The position numbers and the translations under genes are program-made. Under the pieces are notes generated by a model. That model saw only the letters and a program-made list of their open reading frames with translations. It searched no databases and had not been told where the DNA came from. 64,000 bases of DNA from Candidatus Aceula lacicola (GTDB taxonomy: Bacteria > Omnitrophota > Gorgyraeia > Zapsychrales > Aceulaceae), in assembly GCA_030765785.1 (NCBI GenBank), contig JAVCCC010000018.1, positions 761 to 64,760 of the forward strand. The letters run 5' to 3'. How positions within the stretch are numbered: the stretch's first letter is position 1; each line of letters starts with the position of its first letter. Shown piece after piece: positions 30,838 to 41,401 of the stretch.

Positions 30838-31857
30838 TTAGAGATTTTTCTTAACGATTTCTTCTGCGATTTGAATCGCATTAAGGGCGGCACCTTTTCG
30901 AAGATTGTCAGAAACAACCCAGAGGTTGAGTCCGTTTTCAACTGTATTATCTTCGCGGATGCGGCCGACAAAAGTGTCGTCCTTTCCTTCTGCATCCAAA
31001 GGTGTTGGGTATTGATTATTTGGAAGATCGTCTATAACGGTGACACCAGGAGCTTTTTTAAGAAGTTCGATGGCTTTTTCTCTGGTAATTTTTTTCTTTG
31101 TTTCAATGTTGATTGACTCTGAGTGCGCACGAATAACAGGAACGCGAACACATGTGGCAGTGATTTTAATAGAGTCGTCACCGAAGATTTTCTTTGTCTC
31201 ATTCACCATCTTGATTTCTTCTTTGGTGTAAAGACCTTCTTGAGGAACATCGATATGTGGAATTAAATTATAGGCAATTTGATATTGAAATTTTTCGACA
31301 TCTTTTTTCTCAATCGGTTCGCCGTTTGCAATCTTTTTTTGTTGTGCGCGAAGCTCAGCGATTGCTGGTGCCCCTGCTCCAGAAACAGATTGATAGGATG
31401 AAACAACGACACGTTTAATTTTTGCATAGTCATGCAAAGGCTTTAAAGCAACGACCATTTGAATGGTTGAACAATTTGGATTTGCAATAATTCCTTTGTT
31501 TTTGCTGATATCGCTTGGATTAACTTCTGGAACAACCAAGGGAACATTTGGATCCATTCGAAATTGACTCGTATTATCAATGACCACAGCTCCTGCCTTG
31601 ACAGCGGAGGGTGCGTATTCTTTGCTAATCGTTGCTCCTGGTGAAAAAAGACCAATTTCAACACCTTTGAAAGCGTCGTGTGTAAGCTTAACGGCTTTAA
31701 ATTTTCGTCCCTGAAGTTCGTATTCTGGGCAATCCTCTGGTCGAGAAGATATGGGGTAGAGTTCATTAATAGGAAAATTACGTTCCTCAAGAATTTTTAA
31801 CATCTCTTGACCAACCGCACCTCTAATACCTACGATAGCAACGTTATATTTTTTCAT
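30838..31857 (-). CDS. asd: Aspartate-semialdehyde dehydrogenase
   Basis: ANPNCSTIQ, YQSVSGAG, DNLRKGAALN. Confidence 0.98.
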   Translation of the reverse strand: MKKYNVAIVGIRGAVGQEMLKILEERNFPINELYPISSRPEDCPEYELQGRKFKAVKLTHDAFKGVEIGLFSPGATISKEYAPSAVKAGAVVIDNTSQFRMDPNVPLVVPEVNPSDISKNKGIIANPNCSTIQMVVALKPLHDYAKIKRVVVSSYQSVSGAGAPAIAELRAQQKKIANGEPIEKKDVEKFQYQIAYNLIPHIDVPQEGLYTKEEIKMVNETKKIFGDDSIKITATCVRVPVIRAHSESINIETKKKITREKAIELLKKAPGVTVIDDLPNNQYPTPLDAEGKDDTFVGRIREDNTVENGLNLWVVSDNLRKGAALNAIQIAEEIVKKNL

Positions 31858-31870
31858 TTTTTATTTTTTG

Positions 31871-32926
31871 TTAAAGTGTTTTAACAACTAAATCGCCAAC
31901 TTCTGTCGTCGAATATCCCATTTTTCCTGCCGCAAGACTTTTTAGTTTTGTTGTGACAACAGTTTTTGCAGCTGTTTCAACTTTTTCAGATGCCTCTTTT
32001 TCGCCGATTTCCTTAAGAAGCATTGAAAGAGCACAGATGGCAGCCATTGGGTTGATAACATTTTTTCCAGTGTATTTTGGAGCAGATCCCCCAATAGGTT
32101 CAAACATCGAAACGCCGTTTGGATTAATATTGCCGCCTGCAGCAAGTCCCATTCCGCCTTGGATCATCGCACCCAAATCGGTAATAATATCACCAAACAT
32201 ATTGTCTGTGACGATGACATCAAACCACTCAGGATTTTTAATAAACCACATGGTTGTTGCGTCGACGTGGGCATAATCTGTTTTGACGTCTGGATATTCT
32301 TTAGCGATTTCATAAAAGCTTCTTTCCCAAAGATCAAAGGCAAAGGTTAGAACGTTTGTTTTTCCGCAAAGCGTTAGCATCTTTTTTTTGCCGTATTTTC
32401 TCGTGTATTCAAAAGCGTAGCGAAGACATCTTTCGACTCCTGCTCGCGTGTTGTGAGAAACCTGAAGAGCAATTTCGTCTTTTGTTCCCTTGTTCTGAAA
32501 TTCTCCCAAGCCTTTGTAAAGCCCTTCAGAGTTTTCGCGCACAACCGTAAAGTTAATATCCTCTGGCTTTTTATTTTTGATTGGGCAAAAGCGCTCATCA
32601 TAAAGCTTGATGGGTCTTAGGTTAATATATTGGTCAAGGTCAAATCGAGCTTTTAGCAAAATTCCTTTTTCTAAGATGCCTGGCTTAACGTCAGGATGTC
32701 CGATGGCACCTAGATAAATCGAATCAAATGTCTTGAGTTCTTCAACGGCTGAATCGGGCAGGATCTCTCCTGTTTTTAAATAGCGTTCGCCACCAAAATC
32801 ATAAGAAACAGTTTCACACTTAAAGCCACATTGTTCGGAAATAGCTTCCAAAACTTTAAGACCTTCATTGATAACTTCAGGGCCTGTTCCATCGCCTGGG
32901 ATAATAGCAAGTTTATAATTTTTCAT
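31871..32926 (-). CDS. leuB: 3-isopropylmalate dehydrogenase family
   Basis: PGDGTGPE, NLRP, RENSEG, NMFGDIITD, FEPIGGSAP. Confidence 0.88.
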   Translation of the reverse strand: MKNYKLAIIPGDGTGPEVINEGLKVLEAISEQCGFKCETVSYDFGGERYLKTGEILPDSAVEELKTFDSIYLGAIGHPDVKPGILEKGILLKARFDLDQYINLRPIKLYDERFCPIKNKKPEDINFTVVRENSEGLYKGLGEFQNKGTKDEIALQVSHNTRAGVERCLRYAFEYTRKYGKKKMLTLCGKTNVLTFAFDLWERSFYEIAKEYPDVKTDYAHVDATTMWFIKNPEWFDVIVTDNMFGDIITDLGAMIQGGMGLAAGGNINPNGVSMFEPIGGSAPKYTGKNVINPMAAICALSMLLKEIGEKEASEKVETAAKTVVTTKLKSLAAGKMGYSTTEVGDLVVKTL

Positions 32927-32941
32927 TCATACTCCTTATTT

Positions 32942-34186
32942 TTATTCTTGAAACTTTTTAACGGCAAGTGTTGCGTTGTGTCCGCCAAATCCAAGAGAAT
33001 TTGACAAGGCAACATTAACGGTTGTCTTTCGTGCTTCATTTGGTACATAGTCGAGGTCGCATTCTGGATCAGGGGTTTCATAATTGATGGTTGGCGGAAT
33101 TATATCATTTTGAACTGCCATGACAGATGCAACAAATTCAATGCCTCCAGCAGCACCTAGCAAATGGCCTGTCATTGATTTTGTTGAGCTGATGGCAACT
33201 TTTTTAGCGTGATCGCCAAAAGCAACCTTGATCGCTAATGTTTCAGTTTTATCGTTTAAGCTAGTCGATGTTCCGTGCGCATTAATGTACGCTACATCTT
33301 CCGGTTTTAAATTAGCATCTTTTAGGGCTTGTGTCATAGCTTTAGCAGCACCGTGTCCAGAAGGCTCAGGAGCCGTGATGTGGTATGCATCAGACGTCCT
33401 GCCGTATCCAACAAATTCTGCTAGAATTGGTGCTCCTCTTTTTTGGGCATGCTCCAATGTTTCTAGAACAACAATGCCAGCACCTTCAGCCATAATAAAT
33501 CCATCGCGATTTAAATCAAAAGGTCGGCTTGCTCTTTCAGGATCATCGTTTCGTTGAGATAGCGCCTTGATGGCAGCAAATCCACCAACACCCATTGGCG
33601 TATTAGCCGCTTCTGTTCCGCCAGCAATCATGATGTCCATTTCGCCAAATTGCATAAATCGAAGTGCATCGCCGATTGAGTTTGTTCCTGAAGCACATGC
33701 GGTTACGACACTCGTGGCCATACCCTTGGCACCTGTTTCAATAGCAACTTGACCAGCAGCCTCGTTAACAATAAACTGAGGAATAAAAAATGGAGAAATC
33801 TTTTTTGGCCCGCGCTTAATCAAGAGCGCATGATTACGTTCAAATGATTGCAGAGAGCCAACACCTGACCCAACAATAACGCCCATGCGGTCAGCATCAA
33901 TGTTTTTTGTGTCAAGCTTTGCGTTTTTAACCGCTTCTCGAGACGCAATAACAGCAAGTTGTACAAAACGAGATAGTTTTCTTGCGTCTTTGGAATCAAA
34001 ATAATCTTCTATATTGCAATCTCTAATATCGCCACAGATTTGCGATGCGAACTCTGTTGGGTCAAATCGATCAATGCGATGAATGCCACTTTTTCCATTA
34101 ACTAAAGAATTCCAAAATTTTTCAACGCCTGTTCCAACAGGAGACGTGACACCCATGCCTGTGACAACTATTCTACGTTTTTTCAT
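32942..34186 (-). CDS. fabF: Beta-ketoacyl-ACP synthase II
   Basis: TACASG, NAHGTST, KSMTGH, NSLGFGGHN. Start trimmed to ATG 34186. Confidence 0.98.
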   Translation of the reverse strand: MKKRRIVVTGMGVTSPVGTGVEKFWNSLVNGKSGIHRIDRFDPTEFASQICGDIRDCNIEDYFDSKDARKLSRFVQLAVIASREAVKNAKLDTKNIDADRMGVIVGSGVGSLQSFERNHALLIKRGPKKISPFFIPQFIVNEAAGQVAIETGAKGMATSVVTACASGTNSIGDALRFMQFGEMDIMIAGGTEAANTPMGVGGFAAIKALSQRNDDPERASRPFDLNRDGFIMAEGAGIVVLETLEHAQKRGAPILAEFVGYGRTSDAYHITAPEPSGHGAAKAMTQALKDANLKPEDVAYINAHGTSTSLNDKTETLAIKVAFGDHAKKVAISSTKSMTGHLLGAAGGIEFVASVMAVQNDIIPPTINYETPDPECDLDYVPNEARKTTVNVALSNSLGFGGHNATLAVKKFQE

Positions 34187-34209
34187 TAGTAATATTTCCA
34201 ATAAATAAC

Positions 34210-34238
34210 TTTGCCCCGACAAACAAAGCCGAGGCAAA
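34210..34238 (-). terminator. Hairpin between acpP and fabF (weak terminator or stabiliser)
   Basis: TTTGCCTCGGC-loop-GTCGGGGCAAA on the minus strand. Confidence 0.5.
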
Positions 34239-34265
34239 ATTTAATGTTTTATGAATGGACTTTAA

Positions 34266-34505
34266 TTATTTACTAGCAGCTTTTTCTTCGACGTATTTGA
34301 TAACATCGGAAACTTTACTCATTTTTTCAGCGTCTTCGTCAGGAATTTCAACATTAAACTCTTCCTCTAAAGCCATGATCAGCTCAACCGTATCTAATGA
34401 GTCAGCTCCAAGATCATCAACGAATGATGATTCAGGGTTTACCTCTTCAACCTTTACGCCAAGTTGTTCTGCGATGATTGATTTTATTTTTTCTTCGTTT
34501 GCCAT
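34266..34505 (-). CDS. acpP: Acyl carrier protein
   Basis: [12 protein letters not shown]. Confidence 0.99.
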   Translation of the reverse strand: MANEEKIKSIIAEQLGVKVEEVNPESSFVDDLGADSLDTVELIMALEEEFNVEIPDEDAEKMSKVSDVIKYVEEKAASK

Positions 34506-34539
34506 TCACTGCCTCCTTTTTGATCTTTCGTCTACTAAA

Positions 34540-35280
34540 TTAAATCGCCATTCCGCCATCAACTTTGATGGTTTGGCCTGTAATATATTCTGCTTCCTTT
34601 GAAGCGAGGAATAAACATGATCCAGCCACATCGGCTGGGGTTCCCATTCTTTTGAGAGGAACGCTTTTTAAGATTTCCTGGCGGGTTTCCTCTTTAAGCT
34701 GATCGGTCATTTCTGTCTTGATGTATCCAGGGGCAATCGCATTAACATTAATATTGCGTAATGCAAACTCTCGGGCCAAAGATTTTGTTAGGCCGATAAT
34801 GCCTGCCTTGCTAGCTGCATAATTCGCTTGACCGATGTTTCCAAGAATTCCAATGACCGATGCAATGCTGATAATCTTACCCTTACGGGCTTTAAGCATT
34901 GGTTTAGAAATTGCTTTGCAGCAATTAAAGGTTCCTTTGAGGTTGACCTTGATGACGGCATCCCATTCTTCCTCTTTCATTCTTAAAAAGAGGTTGTCTT
35001 TTGTAATGCCTGCATTGTTAATCAATATATCAATACGTTTATATTTGTCAAGGATTTTGTTGACCATTTCTTCAACGGCAGATAGATTTGTGACATCGCA
35101 TGGAAAATTGTCTGCAGAAAGCTTCAAGTCGTTAAATTCAGCTGTGGTTTTTTCGCAAGAGTCGTCATTAATGTCAGAGATAATGACAGTTGCGCCTTGG
35201 TTGGCAAACGCAAGTGCGATTTCTTTGCCAATGCCACGTGCGGACCCCGTAACTAAAACGATTTCATCTTTAAATTGCAT
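34540..35280 (-). CDS. fabG: 3-oxoacyl-ACP reductase
   Basis: TGSARGIG, NNAGIT, YAASK. Confidence 0.98.
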   Translation of the reverse strand: MQFKDEIVLVTGSARGIGKEIALAFANQGATVIISDINDDSCEKTTAEFNDLKLSADNFPCDVTNLSAVEEMVNKILDKYKRIDILINNAGITKDNLFLRMKEEEWDAVIKVNLKGTFNCCKAISKPMLKARKGKIISIASVIGILGNIGQANYAASKAGIIGLTKSLAREFALRNINVNAIAPGYIKTEMTDQLKEETRQEILKSVPLKRMGTPADVAGSCLFLASKEAEYITGQTIKVDGGMAI

Positions 35281-35449
35281 TTTTAAATCCTTATGAATTT
35301 GAACAACATGTGAAATATGTATTTAACACAAGTGAATGAAACTATATTAGCAATATACCGTTAATTTGCAAGAAAAAAAATTAAAAAAAGTTAGTAAGTG
35401 TTTTATTTGCTTAATGTTTGTGCAGTTTTAAATTTTTTATGGTGCGATA

Positions 35450-35851
35450 TTAAAGAAATTCGAGCTTAACTTCGATGATGCCTTGTTTGGATGCGTTGAG
35501 TTTTTCAAACGCAGCTTTGGTGAGGTCAATCACTCTACCCTTTTGGACATAGCGCTTGTGAGGTCCGCGATCGTTAACGCGAACGACAAGGGTTTTTCCA
35601 TTGGTCATATTTGTGACACGGATTCTTTTGTTAAATCCAACGCCCCAGATCGCACAGGTCATGGCGTCCTCGTTAAAGATTTCATTGTTGGCGGTTCTAC
35701 TTTTGATGCCAGGAGATCTTTGCGAATACCAAGAAGCTTTGCCAAAACGGGTTGCTTTTGGTTTTTCAAACGGCGTTGTCATTGCGGCCATGGCTTTTGG
35801 TAGGATACAAAGTGCTGCCAAAATAGCAACAATTGTTGAAATTTTTCTCAT
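35450..35851 (-). CDS. rlpA: RlpA-like lytic transglycosylase (DPBB)
   Basis: GKASWY, TANNE, RVNDRGP, RVIDLT. Start trimmed to ATG 35851. Confidence 0.9.
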   Translation of the reverse strand: MRKISTIVAILAALCILPKAMAAMTTPFEKPKATRFGKASWYSQRSPGIKSRTANNEIFNEDAMTCAIWGVGFNKRIRVTNMTNGKTLVVRVNDRGPHKRYVQKGRVIDLTKAAFEKLNASKQGIIEVKLEFL

Positions 35852-35926
35852 ATAGCTATAATCCTTAAGGTTTGATTTCAGAAAGAATAGCATACAAAGA
35901 AGAAATGTCAAGGTGGATCTTAAGGC

Positions 35927-36358
35927 TTAAAGGGAGTTGTCGCTGGCATCATTTTCACTCGAGATAGATTCGACTTCGATGATGTGAGAGCCAGAATTGA
36001 GGCTGCCCTTAAATTTCTTGCGTATCCAGATTTTAAGAAGTGTGCGCGTCAAAGGGATTAAGAGAAAAAACCCAGTAATATCTGTAAGGAGTCCTGGCGT
36101 AAGAAGTAATATGCCGCCGATAAAGATCATGACTCCATCAATCATGTGCTCTGTTGGCATGCGCCCACCGTTTAGCTCGGTTTGTATGTTTTGAACAACG
36201 CGAAAACCTTCCATTCGCGCAATGTAAGCCCCTAAGACACCTGTGCCGATAATTAAAACAAGCGTATTAAGGATACCGAGCGATTCTCCGAGTTTGATAA
36301 AAATAAACAACTCAGTTGCGGGAATAATGGTAAATAGTAAGATGAGATATAAAAACAT
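35927..36358 (-). CDS. fxsA: FxsA family membrane protein
   Basis: ELFIFI, GGILLLTPGLLTD. Confidence 0.92.
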   Translation of the reverse strand: MFLYLILLFTIIPATELFIFIKLGESLGILNTLVLIIGTGVLGAYIARMEGFRVVQNIQTELNGGRMPTEHMIDGVMIFIGGILLLTPGLLTDITGFFLLIPLTRTLLKIWIRKKFKGSLNSGSHIIEVESISSENDASDNSL

Positions 36359-36392
36359 GTTTTTCTCCAGAAATTGATAGAAAAGTAATCCT

Positions 36393-36743
36393 TTACCTTT
36401 CACGGGTCAGCTTAATTGATACAGATTTTGAGTCTTTGATTGCGTTTGGTTTACAGATAATAACAGTTGTTTTCTCGATAGCATTGTTTGCCATGACAAT
36501 GTCTAAAATAAAGTTTGCTAATTTTTCAATAAGAAAGAACTTAGTTTTTTCAGTCTTTTCTTTAATTTCTTGAGCGATTGTTTCGTAATTAACCGTATTA
36601 GATAAATCGTCAGATTCTTGAGCTTTGCTACTGTTATATATAAAGGAAAGGTCTACAGCGATATCTTGCGCCTCTTCCCGTTCGTAATGCTTTGTTCCGA
36701 TAATGATGGACAAATGGATTTGATTGATAGTAATTTTGGCCAT
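36393..36743 (-). CDS. folB: Dihydroneopterin aldolase
   Basis: IIG...ER...Q, TVNY, LIEKLA, KPNA. Confidence 0.9.
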   Translation of the reverse strand: MAKITINQIHLSIIIGTKHYEREEAQDIAVDLSFIYNSSKAQESDDLSNTVNYETIAQEIKEKTEKTKFFLIEKLANFILDIVMANNAIEKTTVIICKPNAIKDSKSVSIKLTRER

Positions 36744-36744
36744 A

Positions 36745-37284
36745 TTACCTAATAAGGCTTAAGAATTCTGAACGGGTTGAAATCTCTTCGCGGAATGCGC
36801 CCAACATGCAGGATGTTTTCATGACAGAGTTTTGTTTTTCTACGCCTCGCATCATCATGCAAAGATGTTGAGCTTCGACAACAACCGCCACCCCTTTGCA
36901 TTTTGTGAATTTCATAAGAGTTTCAGCGATTTGTTTTGTGAGATTTTCTTGAATTTGAAGTCTGCGCGCAAAAACATCGACAATGCGAGCGATTTTTGAA
37001 AGTCCTATAATTTTTCCATCAGGGATATAGCCAACATGGCATTTTCCAAAAAACGGTAAAAGGTGATGTTCGCACATTGAATAGACTTCGATATCTTTGA
37101 CAATAACCATTTCATCTGAGTCAGATTTAAAAATGGCACCATTGATAACAGTTTCGACATCTTCGTGATATCCTTTAGTAAGGTATTGAAATGCCTTAGC
37201 AGCGCGTTTAGGCGTATCTTTTAGTCCTTCACGTTCGATGTCTTCGCCGGTTGTCTTAATCAAGTTTTTGTAAAAGTTTTCCAC
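36745..37284 (-). CDS. folE: GTP cyclohydrolase I
   Basis: [29 protein letters not shown] start. Confidence 0.98.
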   Translation of the reverse strand: MENFYKNLIKTTGEDIEREGLKDTPKRAAKAFQYLTKGYHEDVETVINGAIFKSDSDEMVIVKDIEVYSMCEHHLLPFFGKCHVGYIPDGKIIGLSKIARIVDVFARRLQIQENLTKQIAETLMKFTKCKGVAVVVEAQHLCMMMRGVEKQNSVMKTSCMLGAFREEISTRSEFLSLIR

Positions 37285-37286
37285 GG

Positions 37287-37359
37287 ATGAGCACCTGACT
37301 TATGGAGCGCAGCGAACATAAGTAAGCTGTGCGAATTTGTCCAGCTAAGCTGGATAAGT
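37287..37359 (+). repeat. Two-hairpin dispersed element, copy 1 (folE leader)
   Basis: ATGAGCACCTGACTTATGGAGCGCAGCGAACATAAGTAAGCTGTGCGAATTTGTCCAGCTAAGCTGGATAAGT. It is 49/56 identical to copy 3. Confidence 0.9.
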
Positions 37360-37388
37360 GATATTTATATTTATTCTAACAATACAGA

Positions 37389-37417
37389 ACTATATCATAG
37401 AGTTTTTAGAGTGTCAA
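37389..37417 (-). promoter_or_regulatory. Sigma70 promoter of folE-folB
   Basis: TTGACA-17-TATAGT with extended TG. Confidence 0.75.
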
Positions 37418-37443
37418 ACTTCAAAGACTTTTCGCAAAAAATG

Positions 37444-37471
37444 TTGAGTCCCTATAAGATTATGTTATAAT
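37444..37471 (+). promoter_or_regulatory. Sigma70 promoter of the PHP gene (very short leader)
   Basis: TTGAGT-16-TATAAT with extended TG, 9 nt before the ATG. Confidence 0.65.
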
Positions 37472-37480
37472 ATCGCTCAT

Positions 37481-38287
37481 ATGAAATCAATTGCTGATTA
37501 TCACAATCATACGTTTCTTTGCGGGCACGCCATTGGCGAGCCTTCAGAGTATGTTGATTATGCACTTAAAATCGGGCTTAAAGAAATAGGCTTTTCTGAC
37601 CACGCTCCCTTGGTTTGTCATGATGATCCTACGATTACCATGAGCCTTGAACAGCTCCCTCGTTATCACAAGATGATTGAGGATGTTCAGAAGAAATATC
37701 AGGGTCAAGATATTAAAATTCGCCTTGGCATTGAGGCAGATTTTGTACCAGGTTTTGAAGAAAAGACAAAAACGATTCTTGATGGATATGCATACGACTA
37801 TGTTATTGGATCTGTTCATTTTATCGGAGATTTTGCTTTTGATAATCCAGCACAAAAAGAACGTTTAAAAACGAATGACATTGATAAAGTTTATCGAGAT
37901 TATCATGAGCTTTTACGTCAAAGTGCGCAGTCCGGACTTTTTGATATTATGGCGCATGTTGACTTAGTTAAGAAATTTGGTGATCGTCCAATAGGAGATT
38001 TGACAGACGATATTAAAGCGACGGCTGATGTTTTTAAGAAAACAGGTGTTGTGATTGAAATTAATTCTTCCGGCTTGCGAAAACCAGTTGGAGAAATTTA
38101 TCCTTCTCTCTCCGTTTTAAAGATTTACTGTGAAACAGGTGTTCCTATCACATTTGGATCTGATTCTCATGCGCCAGATGAAGTTGGATTTAAATTTGAA
38201 CAAGCTCTGGGACTTGCCCGTCAGGCAGGATACCGAGAATACGTTCTATTTGAAAAACGGCAGATTTCAGAAAAAGTTAAGCTCTAG
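37481..38287 (+). CDS. Histidinol-phosphatase, PHP (HisJ/HisK) family
   Basis: DYHNHT, FSDHAP, GIEAD, GSVH, EINSSG, GSDSH. Confidence 0.88.
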   Translation: MKSIADYHNHTFLCGHAIGEPSEYVDYALKIGLKEIGFSDHAPLVCHDDPTITMSLEQLPRYHKMIEDVQKKYQGQDIKIRLGIEADFVPGFEEKTKTILDGYAYDYVIGSVHFIGDFAFDNPAQKERLKTNDIDKVYRDYHELLRQSAQSGLFDIMAHVDLVKKFGDRPIGDLTDDIKATADVFKKTGVVIEINSSGLRKPVGEIYPSLSVLKIYCETGVPITFGSDSHAPDEVGFKFEQALGLARQAGYREYVLFEKRQISEKVKL

Positions 38288-39242
38288 TTTTTAAGCAGCC
38301 CTCTTTTGTCATCTCCAAGGATTTCTTGATTCCGTCAGTTTTAATCAGGCGATCATTTTTTTCAAGAGATATTTCCCATCGATTCTTTTTTTTCACAAAG
38401 AAAATATTAAATAATTGCGTTAAATGGGGTTCAGCAACAACAACGCTTTGGGTCGCAGCATTTTCACCAACAGAAAATTTTTTAAACACAATGCTTAAGT
38501 CTGAGCTTGTTTTATTTTTCAAACAAAATTTGTTTGGATTAAATTCTGGTACAACATGAGGGGTTATCTTAGCTTGTTTGCAGACGGGAATATCAAGATG
38601 CTTATTCTTGGTTAACAGAACGGAAAAGAATAGCTTTTGCCCTTCGTTTGACCAAAGACGCTCGAATCGTGTATTGAATTGCGGACGAAGAGAATCTTTT
38701 TTAATTTCAAATCCAATATTCTTGCTCTGTCTAAGAATCCATTCAAAATATGGCTTAAAATCTGTGACAACTTGAAAATGCCCACCTTTTTTAAGACGGC
38801 TATTGACGATTTTTAGAAAATTTTTATGAAATAATCGTTTTTTATAATGACGTTTTTTGGGCCACGGAAATGGAAACAATGAGTGCGCGTAAGCAATTGA
38901 ACGATTTTTAAATAATCGCTCAAAGGCAACGTAGGCATCGACGCACAAGAGACGGATATTTTTGACTTTTGCACGATTGATACGCTTGACAACTTTTTGA
39001 ATAAGACTAAATTCAATTTCGATGCCGATAAAATTTCGATTAGGATATTTTTGTGCTTGAGCGACCAAGTATTCGCCATTGCCGAAACCAATCTCAACAA
39101 AGAGCGGCGCCTTTCTCTTGAACGTCTTGTCCCAGTCAATGGGATGCTGATCGCAAAAGTGTGAAACAAGAAATTTACTAATATTTTTTTTGGATATATT
39201 GCTCAAGGATTTTGATAAAATTTGATTTAATGATTTTACCAT
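38277..39242 (-). CDS. trmB: tRNA (guanine-N7)-methyltransferase with C-terminal extension
   Basis: VEIGFGNGE, FPFPWPKKRHYKKRL, VTDFKPY, TRFER. Start uncertain. Confidence 0.9.
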   Translation of the reverse strand: MVKSLNQILSKSLSNISKKNISKFLVSHFCDQHPIDWDKTFKRKAPLFVEIGFGNGEYLVAQAQKYPNRNFIGIEIEFSLIQKVVKRINRAKVKNIRLLCVDAYVAFERLFKNRSIAYAHSLFPFPWPKKRHYKKRLFHKNFLKIVNSRLKKGGHFQVVTDFKPYFEWILRQSKNIGFEIKKDSLRPQFNTRFERLWSNEGQKLFFSVLLTKNKHLDIPVCKQAKITPHVVPEFNPNKFCLKNKTSSDLSIVFKKFSVGENAATQSVVVAEPHLTQLFNIFFVKKKNRWEISLEKNDRLIKTDGIKKSLEMTKEGCLKTRA

Positions 39243-40383
39243 TAAGTTTTTTTAATAGTTTTCCATCGACGTAAACAACGGCTGTCTTTTTTTCTCCACG
39301 CCCCGGAAGACTCAATCCAATATCAGCATGCTGGCTTTCTCCAGGCCCGTTAACAACACAACCCATAATCGCGATTTTAAGCTGTGTGACTTTTGGATAT
39401 TTTTTTATCCAGACAGGCAGTCGTTTTTGAATGTGTGCTTTAACAGAATCTGTTAATGATTCAAATAATTTGCTTTCCGTTCGTCCGCACCCAGGACAAC
39501 TGATAACTGTTGGGGCAAAGAAGCGAAAGCCCATAGATTGCAAAAGCATTTGGCAGCATTTAACTTCTTGGGTTCTTGGCATATCTTTCTTTGGCGTTAA
39601 AGAAATTCGAATCGTATCTCCTATGCCTTTTTGCAAAAGAACAGAAATCGCAGATGCACTTTTGATAACACCGTCAAGCCCAGAACCGGCTTCAGTAACA
39701 CCTAGATGAAGTACGTAGTTGCATTTCTTTGAAAGCATTTCGCAAACGGTGATTGTATCTTGAGTGTCTGACATTTTGACACTTAAAACAATCTTGTTTT
39801 TAGATAATCCAATTTTTTCTGCTTTTTGTGCGCTTTGAATGGCACTTTTTACCAGGGCATCACATAAAATCTGATGTGAGCTTTTTTTATTTTTAGATTT
39901 CTTGTTTTTAGATCGAAGCGTTTTAAGGATGTTTTGATCAATAGATCCGCTATTAACACCAATGCGAATAGGTTTCTTATTTTTAATAGCGATTTTTATG
40001 ATTTCAATAAATGGATCATTTTTGCTGGAGGCGTAGTTAACGTTTCCAGGATTGATGCGATATTTGTCCAAAGCTTTAGCGCTTTGTGGAAATTTCTTAA
40101 GGAGAACGTGGCCGTTATAATGAAAATCGCCGACAATAGGTGTTGAATAGCCATTCTTACGCAATTGAGAGATGATTTTGGGAATCCCAGCCATTGCTTT
40201 ATTGTCGTTGATAGTTAGACGAACCATTTCGCTACCGGCACGGCTTAGTTGTTTTATTTGTTTTACTGTTTCTTTAATATTGGCAGTTTGCGTATTGGTC
40301 ATCGATTGGATAGCAATAGGGTGTGCATCTCCGATTGAAATATTTCCAATTTTAACTTGTGGTGTTTTTCTTCGTTTAATCAT
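39178..40383 (-). CDS. ispG: HMBPP synthase
   Basis: QSMTNT, RINPGN, RIGVNSGS, SCPGCGR, MGCVVNGPGE. Confidence 0.98.
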   Translation of the reverse strand: MIKRRKTPQVKIGNISIGDAHPIAIQSMTNTQTANIKETVKQIKQLSRAGSEMVRLTINDNKAMAGIPKIISQLRKNGYSTPIVGDFHYNGHVLLKKFPQSAKALDKYRINPGNVNYASSKNDPFIEIIKIAIKNKKPIRIGVNSGSIDQNILKTLRSKNKKSKNKKSSHQILCDALVKSAIQSAQKAEKIGLSKNKIVLSVKMSDTQDTITVCEMLSKKCNYVLHLGVTEAGSGLDGVIKSASAISVLLQKGIGDTIRISLTPKKDMPRTQEVKCCQMLLQSMGFRFFAPTVISCPGCGRTESKLFESLTDSVKAHIQKRLPVWIKKYPKVTQLKIAIMGCVVNGPGESQHADIGLSLPGRGEKKTAVVYVDGKLLKKLNGKIIKSNFIKILEQYIQKKY

Positions 40384-40467
40384 TTCGCTTAATAGAAAGT
40401 GGTTCTATAATAAAGATAAATGTGATACAATTTGTCAAAATTATACTCAATTGACTAAGGGAATGCA

Positions 40468-41388
40468 ATGGAAATATATTTAGCTCACACACAAGGTTTT
40501 TGCGCTGGCGTTGCACGCGCAATCGATATCGTAAATCGCGTCTACGAAAAACACAACACCCCTCTCTATGTTTTTCATGAAATTGTTCACAACACGCTTG
40601 TTGTTGAAAGTTTTAAGAAAAAAGGTATTCAATTTGTTGATGATTTAAGCGATGTGCCAGATGGTGGACGTGTTATTTTTAGCGCACACGGTGTGTCGCC
40701 TAAAATTATTGAAGATGCGCAAAAAAAGAATTTAATCTTTTTTGATGCAACCTGCCCTCTTGTTCATCGCGTCCATAAATGTGCGAGTGAATTTTCCAAA
40801 GATGGTATTGATGTGATTTTGATTGGACACAAAAAACATCAGGAAGTCATCGGGACAAAAGGCTATGTAGATCCAAGCCTTCTTCATATTATTCAAGGTG
40901 AGGATGAAGTCGAGAATCTTTTAATTGATTCTTCTAAAAAGGTTGGATACGTGACGCAAACAACTCTTTCTTTAGATGATACAAAGAATTTGGTGCAAAG
41001 ATTAAAGGCACGTTTTCCAAGCTTGATTGATGCCAAAGTTGAAGATGTTTGTTATGCTACGCAAAATCGACAGAATGCGGTTAAAGAATTGTGTAATGCA
41101 TGTGATACGATTATTATTTGCGGATCATCGAATAGCTCAAATAGCAATCGATTAAGAGAATTAGCTGAAAAATGCGGTGTTGAAAGTTATTTGATAGATT
41201 CTGCAGATGAAATTAAATTGTCTATGTTGAACAATAAAGAAAAGATTGGCATCAGCTCTGGTGCATCGGTTCCGGAGAGCGTTGTTCTTGATGTCATTGA
41301 TAAGATAAAGAGTGAATTTCCTGTTTCAGAAATACATATTTCGGAAAGCCCGGAAAAGCAAGTGGCTTTTCCAATTCCAGAGATTTAA
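40468..41388 (+). CDS. ispH: HMBPP reductase
   Basis: GFCAGV, SAHG, DATCPLV, CYATQNRQ, SSNS. Confidence 0.98.
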   Translation: MEIYLAHTQGFCAGVARAIDIVNRVYEKHNTPLYVFHEIVHNTLVVESFKKKGIQFVDDLSDVPDGGRVIFSAHGVSPKIIEDAQKKNLIFFDATCPLVHRVHKCASEFSKDGIDVILIGHKKHQEVIGTKGYVDPSLLHIIQGEDEVENLLIDSSKKVGYVTQTTLSLDDTKNLVQRLKARFPSLIDAKVEDVCYATQNRQNAVKELCNACDTIIICGSSNSSNSNRLRELAEKCGVESYLIDSADEIKLSMLNNKEKIGISSGASVPESVVLDVIDKIKSEFPVSEIHISESPEKQVAFPIPEI

Positions 41389-41401
41389 AAGGAGCGTCAA
41401 A

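Noticed and set aside
37287-37360. SAM-I riboswitch resemblance in the folE leader (CTTATCCAG...AGGTGCT on the minus strand)
   Set aside because: It lacks the GAGGGA/GGCCC kink-turn/pseudoknot and GCAACC core, and has no closing GATAAG. The matches are explained by the repeat.
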